Assembly (NCBI GenBank): GCA_963745475.1
Contig: CAVUXN010000004.1
Location: 96,001-160,000 of the forward strand
Source: an uncultured delta proteobacterium
Lineage (GTDB): Bacteria; Myxococcota; Myxococcia; Myxococcales; Myxococcaceae
Length of the DNA stretch: 64,000 nucleotides
Reading direction: 5' to 3'
Positions 30,893 to 41,301 of the stretch are shown in pieces; position 1 is the stretch's first letter; each line of letters begins with the position of its first letter. The notes beneath the pieces are model-generated. The model saw only the letters and a program-made list of their open reading frames with translations. It was not told the origin of the DNA and searched no databases. A program made the position numbers and the translations under genes.

Positions 30893-33800
30893 TCAAGCGT
30901 GGCGCGGCACCACTGAACTGGCAGCGGACGGGACGTCCTCCTCGGCCGGGGCTTCCCTTCGCGCCAAAAGCATGAACATGACGGGGACCAAGAAGAGTGA
31001 CAGCAGCGTGGAGGAGGTCAGCCCGCCGCAGACCGCCAACGCCAAGGGTTGGTTGGATTCGGTCCCCGCTTCCAGGCCCAGCGCGGTGGGCACGAGCCCG
31101 ATGACCGTCGCCAGGCTGGTCATCGCAATCGGGACGAAGCGCGACCTCGCTGCCGCAACGACAGCCTCCAGCTTCTCCGCGCCTTCGCTCGAGTACCGCC
31201 GGTTGGCATCGTCGACCAGGAGGATGCCGTTGGACACGGCTATTCCCACCACCATCAGCACCCCCATCAACGCCGTAATCGAAAAGCCCTGCCCTGCGGC
31301 CAACAGCGCCATGACAATTCCCACCAGCGACACTGGAATGGTGAAGAGCATGACGAAGGGAAGACGCAGGGACTTGAATTGCGCGGCCATAATCATGAAG
31401 ACCACCATCACCGCGAGCGTGATGGCCATCCCCAGCCCGGAGAAGGTTTTCCGCATCAGCTGGACCTGGCCGACGTAGCTGAAGTCGAGACTCCGCGTCT
31501 TGACGTCCTGATGCAGCCTCTGCTCCAGCTCGGCCGCGACAGTCCCGATGTCCCGCCCTTCGGTTTGCATCAGGATGTGCGCGGCGCGCTGCAGCTGGTT
31601 CCGCTCGATGGCCACCGGTCCTACGGAGCGGCGGATGGTGCCGTACGTCCCGAGCGTCACCGGGGTCCCGTCCGGGCTAATGCGCACCGGGACTTGGGCC
31701 AGTGCGTTCGGGTCCGGGACGTCGCTACCCGCGTAATAGGTGACCACGTAGTAGGACTGGCCATTGTTGGGGTCAATCCATACGCTCGGAGTGTTGATGT
31801 TGCCCAGGGTCGCCTCGAGTGTCGTTTGCGCCATGGCACGCGCGCTGACACCGACCATCCCCGCCTCGTCGCGCTTCGTCTCGACGCGGACCTCGGGGTA
31901 GTCGTTCTGAAGACTGACTCGGACGTCTCGAACGCCGGACACCGTCTGCGCCACCCTCGCGACTTCCTTGGCATCGCTCTCCAGCTGGGCCAGGTTGTCG
32001 CCTCGGACCTCGACCACCAATGGCGCGATGTAGCCGTTGGCGAAGACCGAGGCCACCAGGCCTCCTGGCCACTGAAGGAACTCCACGCCGGGGAAGTGCT
32101 TGACCAGAATCGCTCGCATCCGGTCGGAAATCTCACGCTGCGACAGCGAGCGCTTCTCGGCGTCCACCAGCGCCAAGCGAATAAACCCCATGTGCGGCCC
32201 GTTGTTGGGACTGGTCATGGCGCTTCGGGCGTTGTTCGGCGAGCCCACGTTGGTGAGCACCAGTTCCACATTTCCCTTGGGAAGCTCCTCGGAGAGCACC
32301 TTTCCCATGGAGGCAATCCTGGCCGAGGCATCTTCAAGCGAGGTGCCAGGGGCAAGCCTCACGTAGACGCGCTCCATGGACTCGTCGATTTCTGGAAAGA
32401 AGGTGCTTGGGAGTCTCAGCGCGGCCCAGACCGCGCCGAGGGTGAGCACCGCGCAGACGGCGATGACCGTCCCGCGAAATGGCAGCACCCGGCGCAAGAA
32501 GTGCGAGTAGCCATTCGCCACGCGGTCAATCATCGCGCCCACCCGGCGAGCGAAGCCGCGGCTCTCGGTGTGGCCGAGGAAATACCGACAGGCGACCGGG
32601 GTGACACAGACGCTCACGAAATACGAGGCGCTCATGGCCATGGCCACTGTCAGCGCGAGGGGTGCAAAAAGTTTCTGGGCGAGCCCGCTCAGCAGAAGCA
32701 CCGGCAACAGCACCGCCATGGTGGTCAGCGTCGAGGCCAGCACCGGGAGCGCGACGGCGTTGGTGCCCTCCAGGGCAGCGCGGTAGGCGCTCTTCCCCAT
32801 TCGTTGGTGACGGTGGATGGATTCGAGGACCACGACGGCGTCGTCCACCAGGCGCCCCATCGCCAGCGTGAGCCCCCCCAGCGTGAAAGCATTGAGCGTC
32901 TGTCCGGACGCGTAGAGGACGATGAGCGTGATGGCGAAGGAGAGCGGAATCGCCACCGAGACGATGAGGGTGCCGCGAAAACTCTGCAGAAAGAGGAGAA
33001 TGACCAGTGCGACCAGCACCAGGGCCTGCACCACTTCCTGCTTCAGCCCGTGGTACGTCGTCCGGACGAAGGTCGACTGGTCAAAAACTGCCTTCACCTC
33101 GACACCTTGGGGGAGGTCGCGCAGACCGGCCACCGCCTTTTTCACCGAGTCGACGATGTTCAGGGTGTTGCCGCCCGGGACGCGCAGGACGTTGAGGTAA
33201 ACTGCGTTCTGTCCATTCACCGACACCGACTGCGTCTCCGGGCTTCCTCCGTCTTCCACTTTGGCCACGTCCCGGATGAACACCGGTTTGCCATTGACCA
33301 GCTTCACCAAGGCTTTGCCGATGGTGTCCACCCGCTCCGGAACCGCGTTGGTGTAAACGTTGGAGTCGAAGTGCGGGGAAACGAAGACTCCCGACGGGAG
33401 CAAGGCATTTGCTTGCGCCACTGCTGCCGCAATGTCGCTCGAAGTGACACCGCGGGCCTGCGCCGCCGCCAGGTTGACGATGATGTTGATTTGACGCTGT
33501 CGCCCGCCGTTGATGGAGGCGCTGGCCACGCCGGGAATGCCTTCCAGGACGGGTTCAATGTTGTTCAGCGCGTAGTCGTAGAGCTGCGGCCCGGTTAGTC
33601 CCCCGCCGGCGACGCTCACCTGAACGACAGGGGCGTTGGACGGGTCGTACTGCAGGACGAAGGGGGGGAGGACGCCCAAGCTTTTGGGAACCGCGGCCAT
33701 CGCGAACGCCGTCTGCTGTTGAACCAGCGTCTGCGCCCCATTGAGGTCGGTTCCCCACTTGAGCCAGACGAAGACAATGCTCAAGTTGTTTCGGGAAATG

Positions 33801-34039
33801 CTTTCTACGTGGTCAACGCCCGGCGTCGCACTGACGTATTTCTCAATGCGCCAGGTGAGCGTCTTCTCGACGTCCTTGGGACCGAGCCCCGGCGCGAGCG
33901 TGCCCACCACCAGAACCGGTGGCGTCAGTTCGGGGAAGGTGTCGATGCTCATCCTCGGCGTCGTGACCGCGGCGAACACCATCACGGCAATGCAAACCAT
34001 CAGGATGGCGATGGGATTGCTGAGCGCGAGCCGCGTCAT
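30893..34039 (-). CDS. RND efflux transporter permease (AcrB-like)
   Basis: 1048 aa, LVDDAVVVLE, PIAMT, GGLTSSTLLSLF. Confidence 0.95.
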   Translation of the reverse strand: MTRLALSNPIAILMVCIAVMVFAAVTTPRMSIDTFPELTPPVLVVGTLAPGLGPKDVEKTLTWRIEKYVSATPGVDHVESISRNNLSIVFVWLKWGTDLNGAQTLVQQQTAFAMAAVPKSLGVLPPFVLQYDPSNAPVVQVSVAGGGLTGPQLYDYALNNIEPVLEGIPGVASASINGGRQRQINIIVNLAAAQARGVTSSDIAAAVAQANALLPSGVFVSPHFDSNVYTNAVPERVDTIGKALVKLVNGKPVFIRDVAKVEDGGSPETQSVSVNGQNAVYLNVLRVPGGNTLNIVDSVKKAVAGLRDLPQGVEVKAVFDQSTFVRTTYHGLKQEVVQALVLVALVILLFLQSFRGTLIVSVAIPLSFAITLIVLYASGQTLNAFTLGGLTLAMGRLVDDAVVVLESIHRHQRMGKSAYRAALEGTNAVALPVLASTLTTMAVLLPVLLLSGLAQKLFAPLALTVAMAMSASYFVSVCVTPVACRYFLGHTESRGFARRVGAMIDRVANGYSHFLRRVLPFRGTVIAVCAVLTLGAVWAALRLPSTFFPEIDESMERVYVRLAPGTSLEDASARIASMGKVLSEELPKGNVELVLTNVGSPNNARSAMTSPNNGPHMGFIRLALVDAEKRSLSQREISDRMRAILVKHFPGVEFLQWPGGLVASVFANGYIAPLVVEVRGDNLAQLESDAKEVARVAQTVSGVRDVRVSLQNDYPEVRVETKRDEAGMVGVSARAMAQTTLEATLGNINTPSVWIDPNNGQSYYVVTYYAGSDVPDPNALAQVPVRISPDGTPVTLGTYGTIRRSVGPVAIERNQLQRAAHILMQTEGRDIGTVAAELEQRLHQDVKTRSLDFSYVGQVQLMRKTFSGLGMAITLAVMVVFMIMAAQFKSLRLPFVMLFTIPVSLVGIVMALLAAGQGFSITALMGVLMVVGIAVSNGILLVDDANRRYSSEGAEKLEAVVAAARSRFVPIAMTSLATVIGLVPTALGLEAGTESNQPLALAVCGGLTSSTLLSLFLVPVMFMLLARREAPAEEDVPSAASSVVPRHA

Positions 34040-35289
34040 GGCGGTGACTCCACGCCGGTGCCTTGCACCTCGGAATGCGGGGGCGAGACGGGGACAGTCG
34101 GGGCACCGGGCTCAACGGCGCCAACGCTTACCTTGTCACCATCCTGAAGCAAGGCCCGTCCTTCGAGCACCACCGCCGTCCCTGGCTTGAGAGACGGGTC
34201 CAGGTAAAGCCGTCCCTCGCGTTCTCCGAGGAGCGTGAACGTCTTAAGGTGGGCAACGTCCTCGTTGACAACGAAGACCGAAGCCTTGGTCGTCCGGACG
34301 GTCGCCGCCGCCAATGGAATGGCCGAGGCAGGCTGCGGCTGACCAACTTCAATGGTCAGCTCCGCCGTCGTCCCGACCGGCAAGGTGCGCGTGGTGTCGG
34401 GCACGTCGATTTCGAAATGGATGGTCCGCGTCCCGAGGTCCGCTGCCGGAGACCGGCGGGCGATGACGCCCTCGAGGTCCTGGTTCGTCGCCAGAAGGTG
34501 CAGGTGCACCTTGCTGCCCGGCGCCACCACGGCGAAGTCCACCTCCGGCGCATCGGCGGTGACGCGGACGATGGACCGGTCCACCACTGAGAGGAGCGAG
34601 GTGCCCGGGCGGACGAAAGCACCCGGGTCGATGTCTCGCGTCGCCACTTCGCCGTCGAAAGGAGCGCGCAGGACGCAGTCACTCACCTCGAGTGAGCTCC
34701 GCGCGAGCTGGGCCTTTCCTGCCTCGAGTTGCGCGGCCTCCGCGGCGCTCTGGGCGCTGATTTGCTCGGCCTCGTTGGTGGAGACAAAGCCTCCGTCCAA
34801 CAGGCCCTGGGTTCGAGCAGACTGGTCGGCCAAGGCTTTCTGCCGCGCGTCGATGGCGCTGGCCTGCATGGCCACCGCCCGGGTGGCAGCGGTGGCGTGC
34901 CGGCAATCGAGCGTCGCCAGGATGTCCCCCTTCTGGACCGAAGCGCCCGGCCTGACCAGCACGGACGAGACGAAGGCCGAAATGAGCTGCGGACCGACTT
35001 TGGCGGACTCCCAGGGCTCGAGCGTCCCGATGTAGGTGCGAAACGGGCGGAAGTCGACGCCCAACGCCTTCACCACGGTCACTGGCTTGGCGGTGCTTGC
35101 CAGGGCGATGCGGTTTACCCGCGACTCAGCCCGCCACAGCAACAGGCCTCCCAGCATCAGGACGACCACCATCCCCCCGAAGAGAAAGAGCCGGAGCCGC
35201 CCGGTTGCCTGGGGGCGTCCCGTATGCGTCACCGCAGAGCGGGTTTCTCCAACCGTTGCCGTTTCCGAACCGTTGTCCGCAGCGCTCAC
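34036..35289 (-). CDS. RND periplasmic adaptor (MFP)
   Basis: TM anchor, lipoyl half-motifs (VRPGASVQKGD, RAPFDG); GTGA/ATGA overlaps. Confidence 0.92.
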   Translation of the reverse strand: MSAADNGSETATVGETRSAVTHTGRPQATGRLRLFLFGGMVVVLMLGGLLLWRAESRVNRIALASTAKPVTVVKALGVDFRPFRTYIGTLEPWESAKVGPQLISAFVSSVLVRPGASVQKGDILATLDCRHATAATRAVAMQASAIDARQKALADQSARTQGLLDGGFVSTNEAEQISAQSAAEAAQLEAGKAQLARSSLEVSDCVLRAPFDGEVATRDIDPGAFVRPGTSLLSVVDRSIVRVTADAPEVDFAVVAPGSKVHLHLLATNQDLEGVIARRSPAADLGTRTIHFEIDVPDTTRTLPVGTTAELTIEVGQPQPASAIPLAAATVRTTKASVFVVNEDVAHLKTFTLLGEREGRLYLDPSLKPGTAVVLEGRALLQDGDKVSVGAVEPGAPTVPVSPPHSEVQGTGVESPP

Positions 35290-36761
35290 AGTGACTCCGC
35301 GATGGCTCGGCCGAACGCCGCACGTGCCCTGGCCAAGTCGAATTCGCCGACGGCGAAAGCGGTTTGCGCGTCGACCCACAGGGAGGCCGCATCGGCCAGC
35401 TCGGTGGGAGTGCCGAGACCGGCTCGAAAACGAGCCTCAGCTTGCGCGTAGTTGGCGCGCGCGGCGTCAACCGCCGCCTGAATCCTCGGAAGCGCTTCCC
35501 GCGCCACGACAACGGAAACATAGGCATTGTCCACTTGGGCGACCACTTGCTGTCGAACCAGAGCCGCCTCCTCGCGGCGGACAACTTCCAGCTGCTCCGA
35601 GGAATGGCCGCGCGCCCAGAGAGTCCCGTCGAAAATCGGCCAAGTGAGGACCAGCGCCAATTGCCAGTTGGGAACGCTGGGAAGCCAACCGCCGCCGGTG
35701 GGAATGGGGGCTGAGCCTGAAGGCTGCGAGCCGCCAGCGCGCGAGTTCAGCGTGCCAGCGAAGAGCAGTTCCGGACGGAGCTCGGCGTAGGCAGCGCGTG
35801 TTTGGTCTTCCTGCGCCTTGATGCGCGCCAAAGCGGCCTGGAGCTGCGGCTCCTTCTGAAGGGCGTGCTGTACCGCAGCGTCGAGGGCGGGCAAATCCGA
35901 CGGCGTCGGCGCCTGATCGGCGATGTCCAGAACCGGATCGGGGCTTCCCACGGCGGCGGCGAACAGCGTCTGGGCGATGCGGACCGTGCCACGGTTGCGA
36001 ATCCGTAGGATGTCGAAGCGGGCCAGCTCCGCCTGAATGCGGGTTTGGTCGATGGGCGGTCGTAGCCCCGACGCCACGCCGGCTTTTGCCAATTCAAAGT
36101 TGAGACGGGCCCGGTCGTAACCCTCGTCGGTGGCCACAACGACGGCTTTGGCGCTGTAGACCGCAAAGTAGGCCTCCTCGACGCCCAAGCGAATGTCGAG
36201 CGTCTGTGCCTCGGCGCTCTGCTGCTCGGCGGTGACCAGGGAGTCCGCGGCCGCGACTTCCGCCGTGATGCGGCCGAAGTCGAAAAGCTCTTGTGTCAGC
36301 CCAAGCCCCGCGAAGGTCGATGGCTCCGGGGCCCAGGTGGCACCGGCGCTGTCCACCGATGTAGTCCCTCCGACGCGTGGTGTGGGAACAAAGGGCGCCC
36401 CCAAGTAGGAGGCGGTGGTGTTGTTGGCCGTCCCAACCAGGACTTGGGCCGTCAGCCCAACCGATGGGAGCCAGCGGCCCCGCGGGATGCCCACGTCGGC
36501 CTGTCGTGCGGACACCCGAGCCAAGGCAGCCCTGACCGCTGGCTGGTTTTTCAGTGCGTAGTCGAGGGCAGCGCTCAGCGTCATCTTCGGGAGCGAGACC
36601 TCCTTTCCAAAGAGGTTTGGGTCCACCGTCGACGTGACAGGCGTCGGAACGGGCGGCGCCGCAGCGCCAGCCGCCTGTTGCTCAGCCATGGCAGCCGTCG
36701 ACGCCATCAACAGGAGCAAGCTGGTAAGCGAGCAACCCCGGACAAGGTGAAGACCTGGCAT
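35286..36761 (-). CDS. TolC family outer-membrane factor
   Basis: LFDFG, PIFDG, RFRAG repeats; signal peptide. Confidence 0.92.
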   Translation of the reverse strand: MPGLHLVRGCSLTSLLLLMASTAAMAEQQAAGAAAPPVPTPVTSTVDPNLFGKEVSLPKMTLSAALDYALKNQPAVRAALARVSARQADVGIPRGRWLPSVGLTAQVLVGTANNTTASYLGAPFVPTPRVGGTTSVDSAGATWAPEPSTFAGLGLTQELFDFGRITAEVAAADSLVTAEQQSAEAQTLDIRLGVEEAYFAVYSAKAVVVATDEGYDRARLNFELAKAGVASGLRPPIDQTRIQAELARFDILRIRNRGTVRIAQTLFAAAVGSPDPVLDIADQAPTPSDLPALDAAVQHALQKEPQLQAALARIKAQEDQTRAAYAELRPELLFAGTLNSRAGGSQPSGSAPIPTGGGWLPSVPNWQLALVLTWPIFDGTLWARGHSSEQLEVVRREEAALVRQQVVAQVDNAYVSVVVAREALPRIQAAVDAARANYAQAEARFRAGLGTPTELADAASLWVDAQTAFAVGEFDLARARAAFGRAIAESL

Positions 36762-36777
36762 CGTCGTGGGCTCCCTG

Positions 36778-36793
36778 AGCAAGGTTTGGGCCA
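36778..36793 (-). promoter_or_regulatory. Sigma54 promoter for the tolC-MFP-RND-SPFH operon
   Basis: Minus strand TGGCCCAAACCTTGCT. Confidence 0.7.
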
Positions 36794-36933
36794 GCGGAGG
36801 ATACTGCGTAGAAGCTCGAGCGAAGCGCCTCCTGCGCTTCTCCAAGAGGAGAATCTCCCGGTCGAAGAGGAAGGAATCCCTCTCCGCCCGCGTCCGCGGC
36901 AGGTTTGAACGGCAAATTGGCCCTTTGTTGTCA

Positions 36934-36949
36934 TGGCATCCGCCTTGCT
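36934..36949 (+). promoter_or_regulatory. Sigma54 promoter for the kinase/regulator pair
   Basis: TGGCATCCGCCTTGCT, near consensus. Confidence 0.75.
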
Positions 36950-37048
36950 CACTTCGTCCCATCCATGTTGGCTGCTGCCACGGTCGTCGCCGCGTCGGGG
37001 ATGCTTAAGCCGCAACGCCGGGCGCTCGAGTCCGGGAGTCAGGCGGCG

Positions 37049-38411
37049 ATGAAGCGCACCCGCCTCGTGGTGGCCATGGCACTGACCCTGGCTTGCGTCC
37101 TGGCCGTTGCTGTCTGGGACGAGCGGCGGGAAGCGCGTGCGGCGCTGGATGACTTCGCCGCCGAACAGACGGCGGTGGCTCGGACCGCGGCTGCAGCCCT
37201 GGTGGTGCGGGTGGGCGCCCCGGGTTGCAGCGTCGCAGGAAGTGCCTGTCTCGCCGAAGCCCTAGGCGACATTCGCCGCTCAACGGAACAACCCGGCGCA
37301 GTCCGTGTGCTGGTGGGAGCCCCGGGGCAGCCCTTACGCGTGGACAGCTCGGAGCTGGCCGGGACGACGCCGGCGCTGCAGGCCGCTCTCGACGCTGGAC
37401 GCCCCTGGGTACAACTCACGCGTGAGGAGGCGGCGGCGCTGGGCCTTCCACGTCGAATGGCCGTGGCCGGCTTCGCCACCGTTGCCGACGCGACGCGAGG
37501 CAGTTGGGCAGTCGCCGTCGTCGCGACCGCCCAGCGGGTGCGGGACCGCGAATCCCGGGCGCTCTGGCGACTCCTCTTGGGAACCATTCTGGCGGCGCTC
37601 CTCGTCGGCAGCTTTGGAGGGGTCGCGCTTCGCGAGCAGCGACGTGAGCTTGAGCTGAGACATGTTCTCGCCATGCGAAAGGCGGTTCAGGCGAGGGACC
37701 GCCGGCTCGTCGAGGCTGACAAGCTGGCCACGCTGGGAGCTCTGGCAACGGGTGTCGCCCACGAAGTCTCTACACCGTTGGGCATCATCGTCGGCCGGGC
37801 CGAACAGCTTCTTCCGCGCTTGGAGCCAGCCTCCCGTTCACATCGCGCCGCCTCGACCATCCTCGAGCAGGCACAGCGCATCTCGCGCATCATCCGGGCC
37901 TTCCTCACGTTGGCCCGCGGCGGGGCCCCTTCGCTCAGTCAAGTCCCGCCCGAGGCCTTGGCTCGGGCGGCTTTGGACCTGGTGGAACACCGTTTCGCAG
38001 AGGCGAATGTCTCGCTCCTGCACCGCTTGGAGCCCGACCTCCCGCGCGTGGCCTGCGAATCGGCGCTGTTCGAGCAGGTTCTCGTCAACCTGCTCCTCAA
38101 CGCCTGTGATGCGTGCGCGCCTGGCGGCACCGTGGAATTGCGGGTAGAGCATCAGGACGGGACGGGTTTCTTTTCTCGTGGACGACGACGGAACGGGCAT
38201 TTCGCCCGAGGCCGCGGAACGGTGTCTCGAGCCCCTGTTCACCACCAAGCCGCCCGGCAAAGGCACGGGACTCGGCCTGACCATTGCTAGCGAGATTGTG
38301 AAGCACCACCATGGCAGCCTGTCATTTGAGCCACGTGTTGGCGTGAAGGGCACCCGCGTCCGGGTGGAGATAGCCGCAGTCTCCGAGGAGCGTCGTGGCG
38401 CCACTGGATAG
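37049..38411 (+). CDS. Membrane sensor histidine kinase, frameshifted near 38160
   Basis: Two TMs, AHEVSTPL and N-box in ORF 36905..38290; G1/F/G2 boxes in ORF 38178..38411. Confidence 0.88.
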
Positions 38412-39780
38412 CTCGACGGACGCTCGGGTCCGGGTCCTGGTGGTGGACGACGACCTCGCGCTCGCCGAGACGCTGGCCGACGGCCTGGAGGAGCGCGGCT
38501 ACCATTCCTTCCCCGAGGGTTCCAGTGTCGCCGCGAGCCGGAGGCTGGAACAGGGGGACATTGATGCACTGGTCACCGACTTGCGGATGCCGGGACTGGA
38601 CGGCCTTGAGCTACTGGCACTGTCACGCCGCTTGAATCCTGCCCGGCCAGTCATCGTGGCTACGGCCTTTAGCGATGTGGCGTCGGCAATCGAATGCATC
38701 CGACAGGGCGCGTACCACTACCTCACCAAGCCCTTCACCGTGGACGAGCTGGCGCTCTTCCTCCGGCGGGCGCTGGAAGAGGCGCGGCTTCGCAGCGAGG
38801 CAGTTCTCCTACGTCGGGCGCTGAGAGACCGCTTTGCTTTGGCCAACCTCGTCGGCGAGAGCCCGGCCATGCGGGCCTTGTTTGACCTCATCGAGCGCGT
38901 CGCCGACGCCGAAGTGCCCATCCTGCTCTCGGGCGAAACCGGTACCGGGAAAGGGCTCGTGGCTCGGGCGCTTCACGCGCTCAGCCGGCGGGCCGCTGGC
39001 CCCTTCGTCACCGTGAATTGCGCTGCGCTGCCCGAGAACCTGCTCGAATCCGAGCTCTTCGGACACGTCAAGGGCGCATTCACTGGCGCCGTTTCGCAGC
39101 GCAGCGGACTCTTCGAGGAGGCCCAGGGCGGCACGCTCTTCCTGGACGAGCTCGGAGAGGTGGACATCAGCCTTCAGGCCAAGCTTTTGGACGTTCTCGA
39201 GAGTGGCCAGGTGCGCGCCGTTGGCTCCAACAAGCTCCGGCCCGTTGACGTTCGCGTCGTCGCGGCCAGCAACCGTAACCTTCGCGAGATGGTGGCCGCC
39301 CATCGCTTCCGCGAGGACTTGCTCTTCCGGCTGGACGTTGTCCGACTGGAGCTCCCGGCGCTGAGAGACAGGCTCGGAGACCTCCCAATTCTGGTGGCGC
39401 ATTTCCTGAAGGCTGCCAAGGCTCGCCATCCCCAGTCTCCCGTGGAACGCTTTTCCCCCGAGGCGCATGCGCGCCTGGCTCGACACCGGTGGCCGGGAAA
39501 TGTGCGAGAGCTTGAAAACCTCGTAGAGCGCGCCGTGCTCCTCGGGCGCGGCACCGAGATTCAAGCGCAGGAGCTGCAACTGGATGCCAGTCTAGGGAGT
39601 GAGGAGGGAGCCATCGAGTTTCGAGGGCCCATCCTTCCGCTGCGCCAGCTCCAGCGCCGGTACGCGACTTGGGCGCTCCAGCGAGAAGGCGGTCGCCGGC
39701 TGGCGACGGCGGAGTCGCTCGGCGTCGACCGGAAGACGCTGGCCAAGTTGCTCGACGCGGCCGAGGACGAGAGTGAATAA
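38395..39780 (+). CDS. Sigma54-dependent response regulator (NtrC/AtoC family)
   Basis: REC, GETGTGKG, GAFTGA, WPGNVREL, Fis-type HTH. Confidence 0.95.
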   Translation: MAPLDSSTDARVRVLVVDDDLALAETLADGLEERGYHSFPEGSSVAASRRLEQGDIDALVTDLRMPGLDGLELLALSRRLNPARPVIVATAFSDVASAIECIRQGAYHYLTKPFTVDELALFLRRALEEARLRSEAVLLRRALRDRFALANLVGESPAMRALFDLIERVADAEVPILLSGETGTGKGLVARALHALSRRAAGPFVTVNCAALPENLLESELFGHVKGAFTGAVSQRSGLFEEAQGGTLFLDELGEVDISLQAKLLDVLESGQVRAVGSNKLRPVDVRVVAASNRNLREMVAAHRFREDLLFRLDVVRLELPALRDRLGDLPILVAHFLKAAKARHPQSPVERFSPEAHARLARHRWPGNVRELENLVERAVLLGRGTEIQAQELQLDASLGSEEGAIEFRGPILPLRQLQRRYATWALQREGGRRLATAESLGVDRKTLAKLLDAAEDESE

Positions 39781-39816
39781 AAATGGGGCGAGGTTCCGTG
39801 GAGGAAACCTCGCCCC
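39779..39816 (-). terminator. Intrinsic terminator of the porin gene (possibly bidirectional)
   Basis: GGGGCGAGGTT...AACCTCGCCCC hairpin followed by ATTTTT on the minus strand. Confidence 0.8.
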
Positions 39817-39849
39817 TTAAGCTAGTCCAGTCTGGCCTTCAGACGGGCG

Positions 39850-41217
39850 CTAGATTCTCCACTGGAACTCGATGGTTCCCGCCCACTGGTTTCCGTTGAT
39901 CGCCTCGCCCCCGCTCACATTCGTGACGTTGCCCGCGTTGGTCTTGTTCTGGAAGGCCATGTCCAAGTTGATCATGAAATTGTTCCCAGGCGGCGGACTG
40001 ATGAGGAACTTCAGGCCACCGTGGTAGGTCTGCACCGTCCCCACTCGACCCGCAGCCGGAAGCCAGCCGTTCCCGAATTGCATGAAGGTGGACTGGACAT
40101 AGTCGTTGCTGAGGTTGGAGATGTAATCCTCCATGGCGAAGTACGGGTAAATCGGGCCGAAACGGATACCGACACTTCCGTAGAAGCCATTGCCCGCGTT
40201 GTTGATGAGGGCCAGCCCCGAGGTGCCGCTGATGGGCGACCCATTGCCGGAGTACACGGTGCGTACCCAGCCGGCCTCGACGACCAACTCCGAGTCGCCA
40301 AAGTTCACGTCCAAGTGCAAGTCAGCGAAGTACCCCTGGTAGCTCGCCCCCGACGCTCCACGCGCCGGAGCTGCGACGGCCCTCGGCTGGATGTTCGCGC
40401 CACCGCCGATGCTGAAGTACGACTTGCCGTTGTTGGCGAGACCACCAGGGAAGAAGTAGCCAGGCTCTCTTCCGATGATGTTGATGCGGATGACTCCATC
40501 GTAGCTCGGCGCGTCGCCTGGGTTCACACCGGTGTAGGCAGGGTAGTTCACGGCCACGTTGGTGGGACCCGTCACCAGCCCGCTGGCGGTCACCGTCGAC
40601 TTGCCGGCGATGCTCTGTACGCCGTTGAAGACACCGATGCGGTAGTTGATGAAGGCAAGGTCTCCGGTGACGACCACACCCATGTCTCGGTCACGGCCGA
40701 AGTAGCCGCCGGGGCGACCACGCTCAGTGACGTCGGCTTGCTCGTCCAAGGAGGCGAACCGCGTAATGTCCGTCAGGGACTCGTGGACCCACGGAAGCAG
40801 CTGGAGGCCAACGTAGAAGTTTAACTCGTCGCAGGCCTTGTAGTAGCCCACTGCTTCATTGAGGACGATGGTAGGCGAGGCGAAGCGGACCGAGTTCTGC
40901 ACCGTGACTGGGTTCGTGATGACGTCGGCCGCGGCCGCTCCAGCCTGCGTGTAGCTCACGTCCGTGTCGGAGATGACGCCAATGTGCTCGTTAATCGCCC
41001 CGTTGATGTAGAGCCGCATGCGCCGAAGGTAAATGTCGGTCGACACACCCGTATGCGACGCATTGCCGTTGTCCGTAAAGCGAACCCACGTTTGAAGGAC
41101 AACCGCAGGGTCGACGTAGGCACCGTTATCTCCAATTGGAATTTTCATGGCGCTTGCCGGTGCGGCCAGCACCACGCACATCAAACCGAGAAACGTCACC
41201 CCTGATTTGAGCTTCAT
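39850..41217 (-). CDS. Outer-membrane porin (OprO/OprP-like)
   Basis: Signal peptide ending ASA; LRRMRL and RDMG motifs; Gly/Asn/aromatic-rich strands; ends IEFQWRI. Confidence 0.78.
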   Translation of the reverse strand: MKLKSGVTFLGLMCVVLAAPASAMKIPIGDNGAYVDPAVVLQTWVRFTDNGNASHTGVSTDIYLRRMRLYINGAINEHIGVISDTDVSYTQAGAAAADVITNPVTVQNSVRFASPTIVLNEAVGYYKACDELNFYVGLQLLPWVHESLTDITRFASLDEQADVTERGRPGGYFGRDRDMGVVVTGDLAFINYRIGVFNGVQSIAGKSTVTASGLVTGPTNVAVNYPAYTGVNPGDAPSYDGVIRINIIGREPGYFFPGGLANNGKSYFSIGGGANIQPRAVAAPARGASGASYQGYFADLHLDVNFGDSELVVEAGWVRTVYSGNGSPISGTSGLALINNAGNGFYGSVGIRFGPIYPYFAMEDYISNLSNDYVQSTFMQFGNGWLPAAGRVGTVQTYHGGLKFLISPPPGNNFMINLDMAFQNKTNAGNVTNVSGGEAINGNQWAGTIEFQWRI

Positions 41218-41301
41218 TCAATTCCCCTCTCCACGTGGACGCTGCAGCAATAGCCGTCAGCGGGAATCTCTCCGGCAGAGCGCCGCTTTGGCGCCCCTGT
41301 A

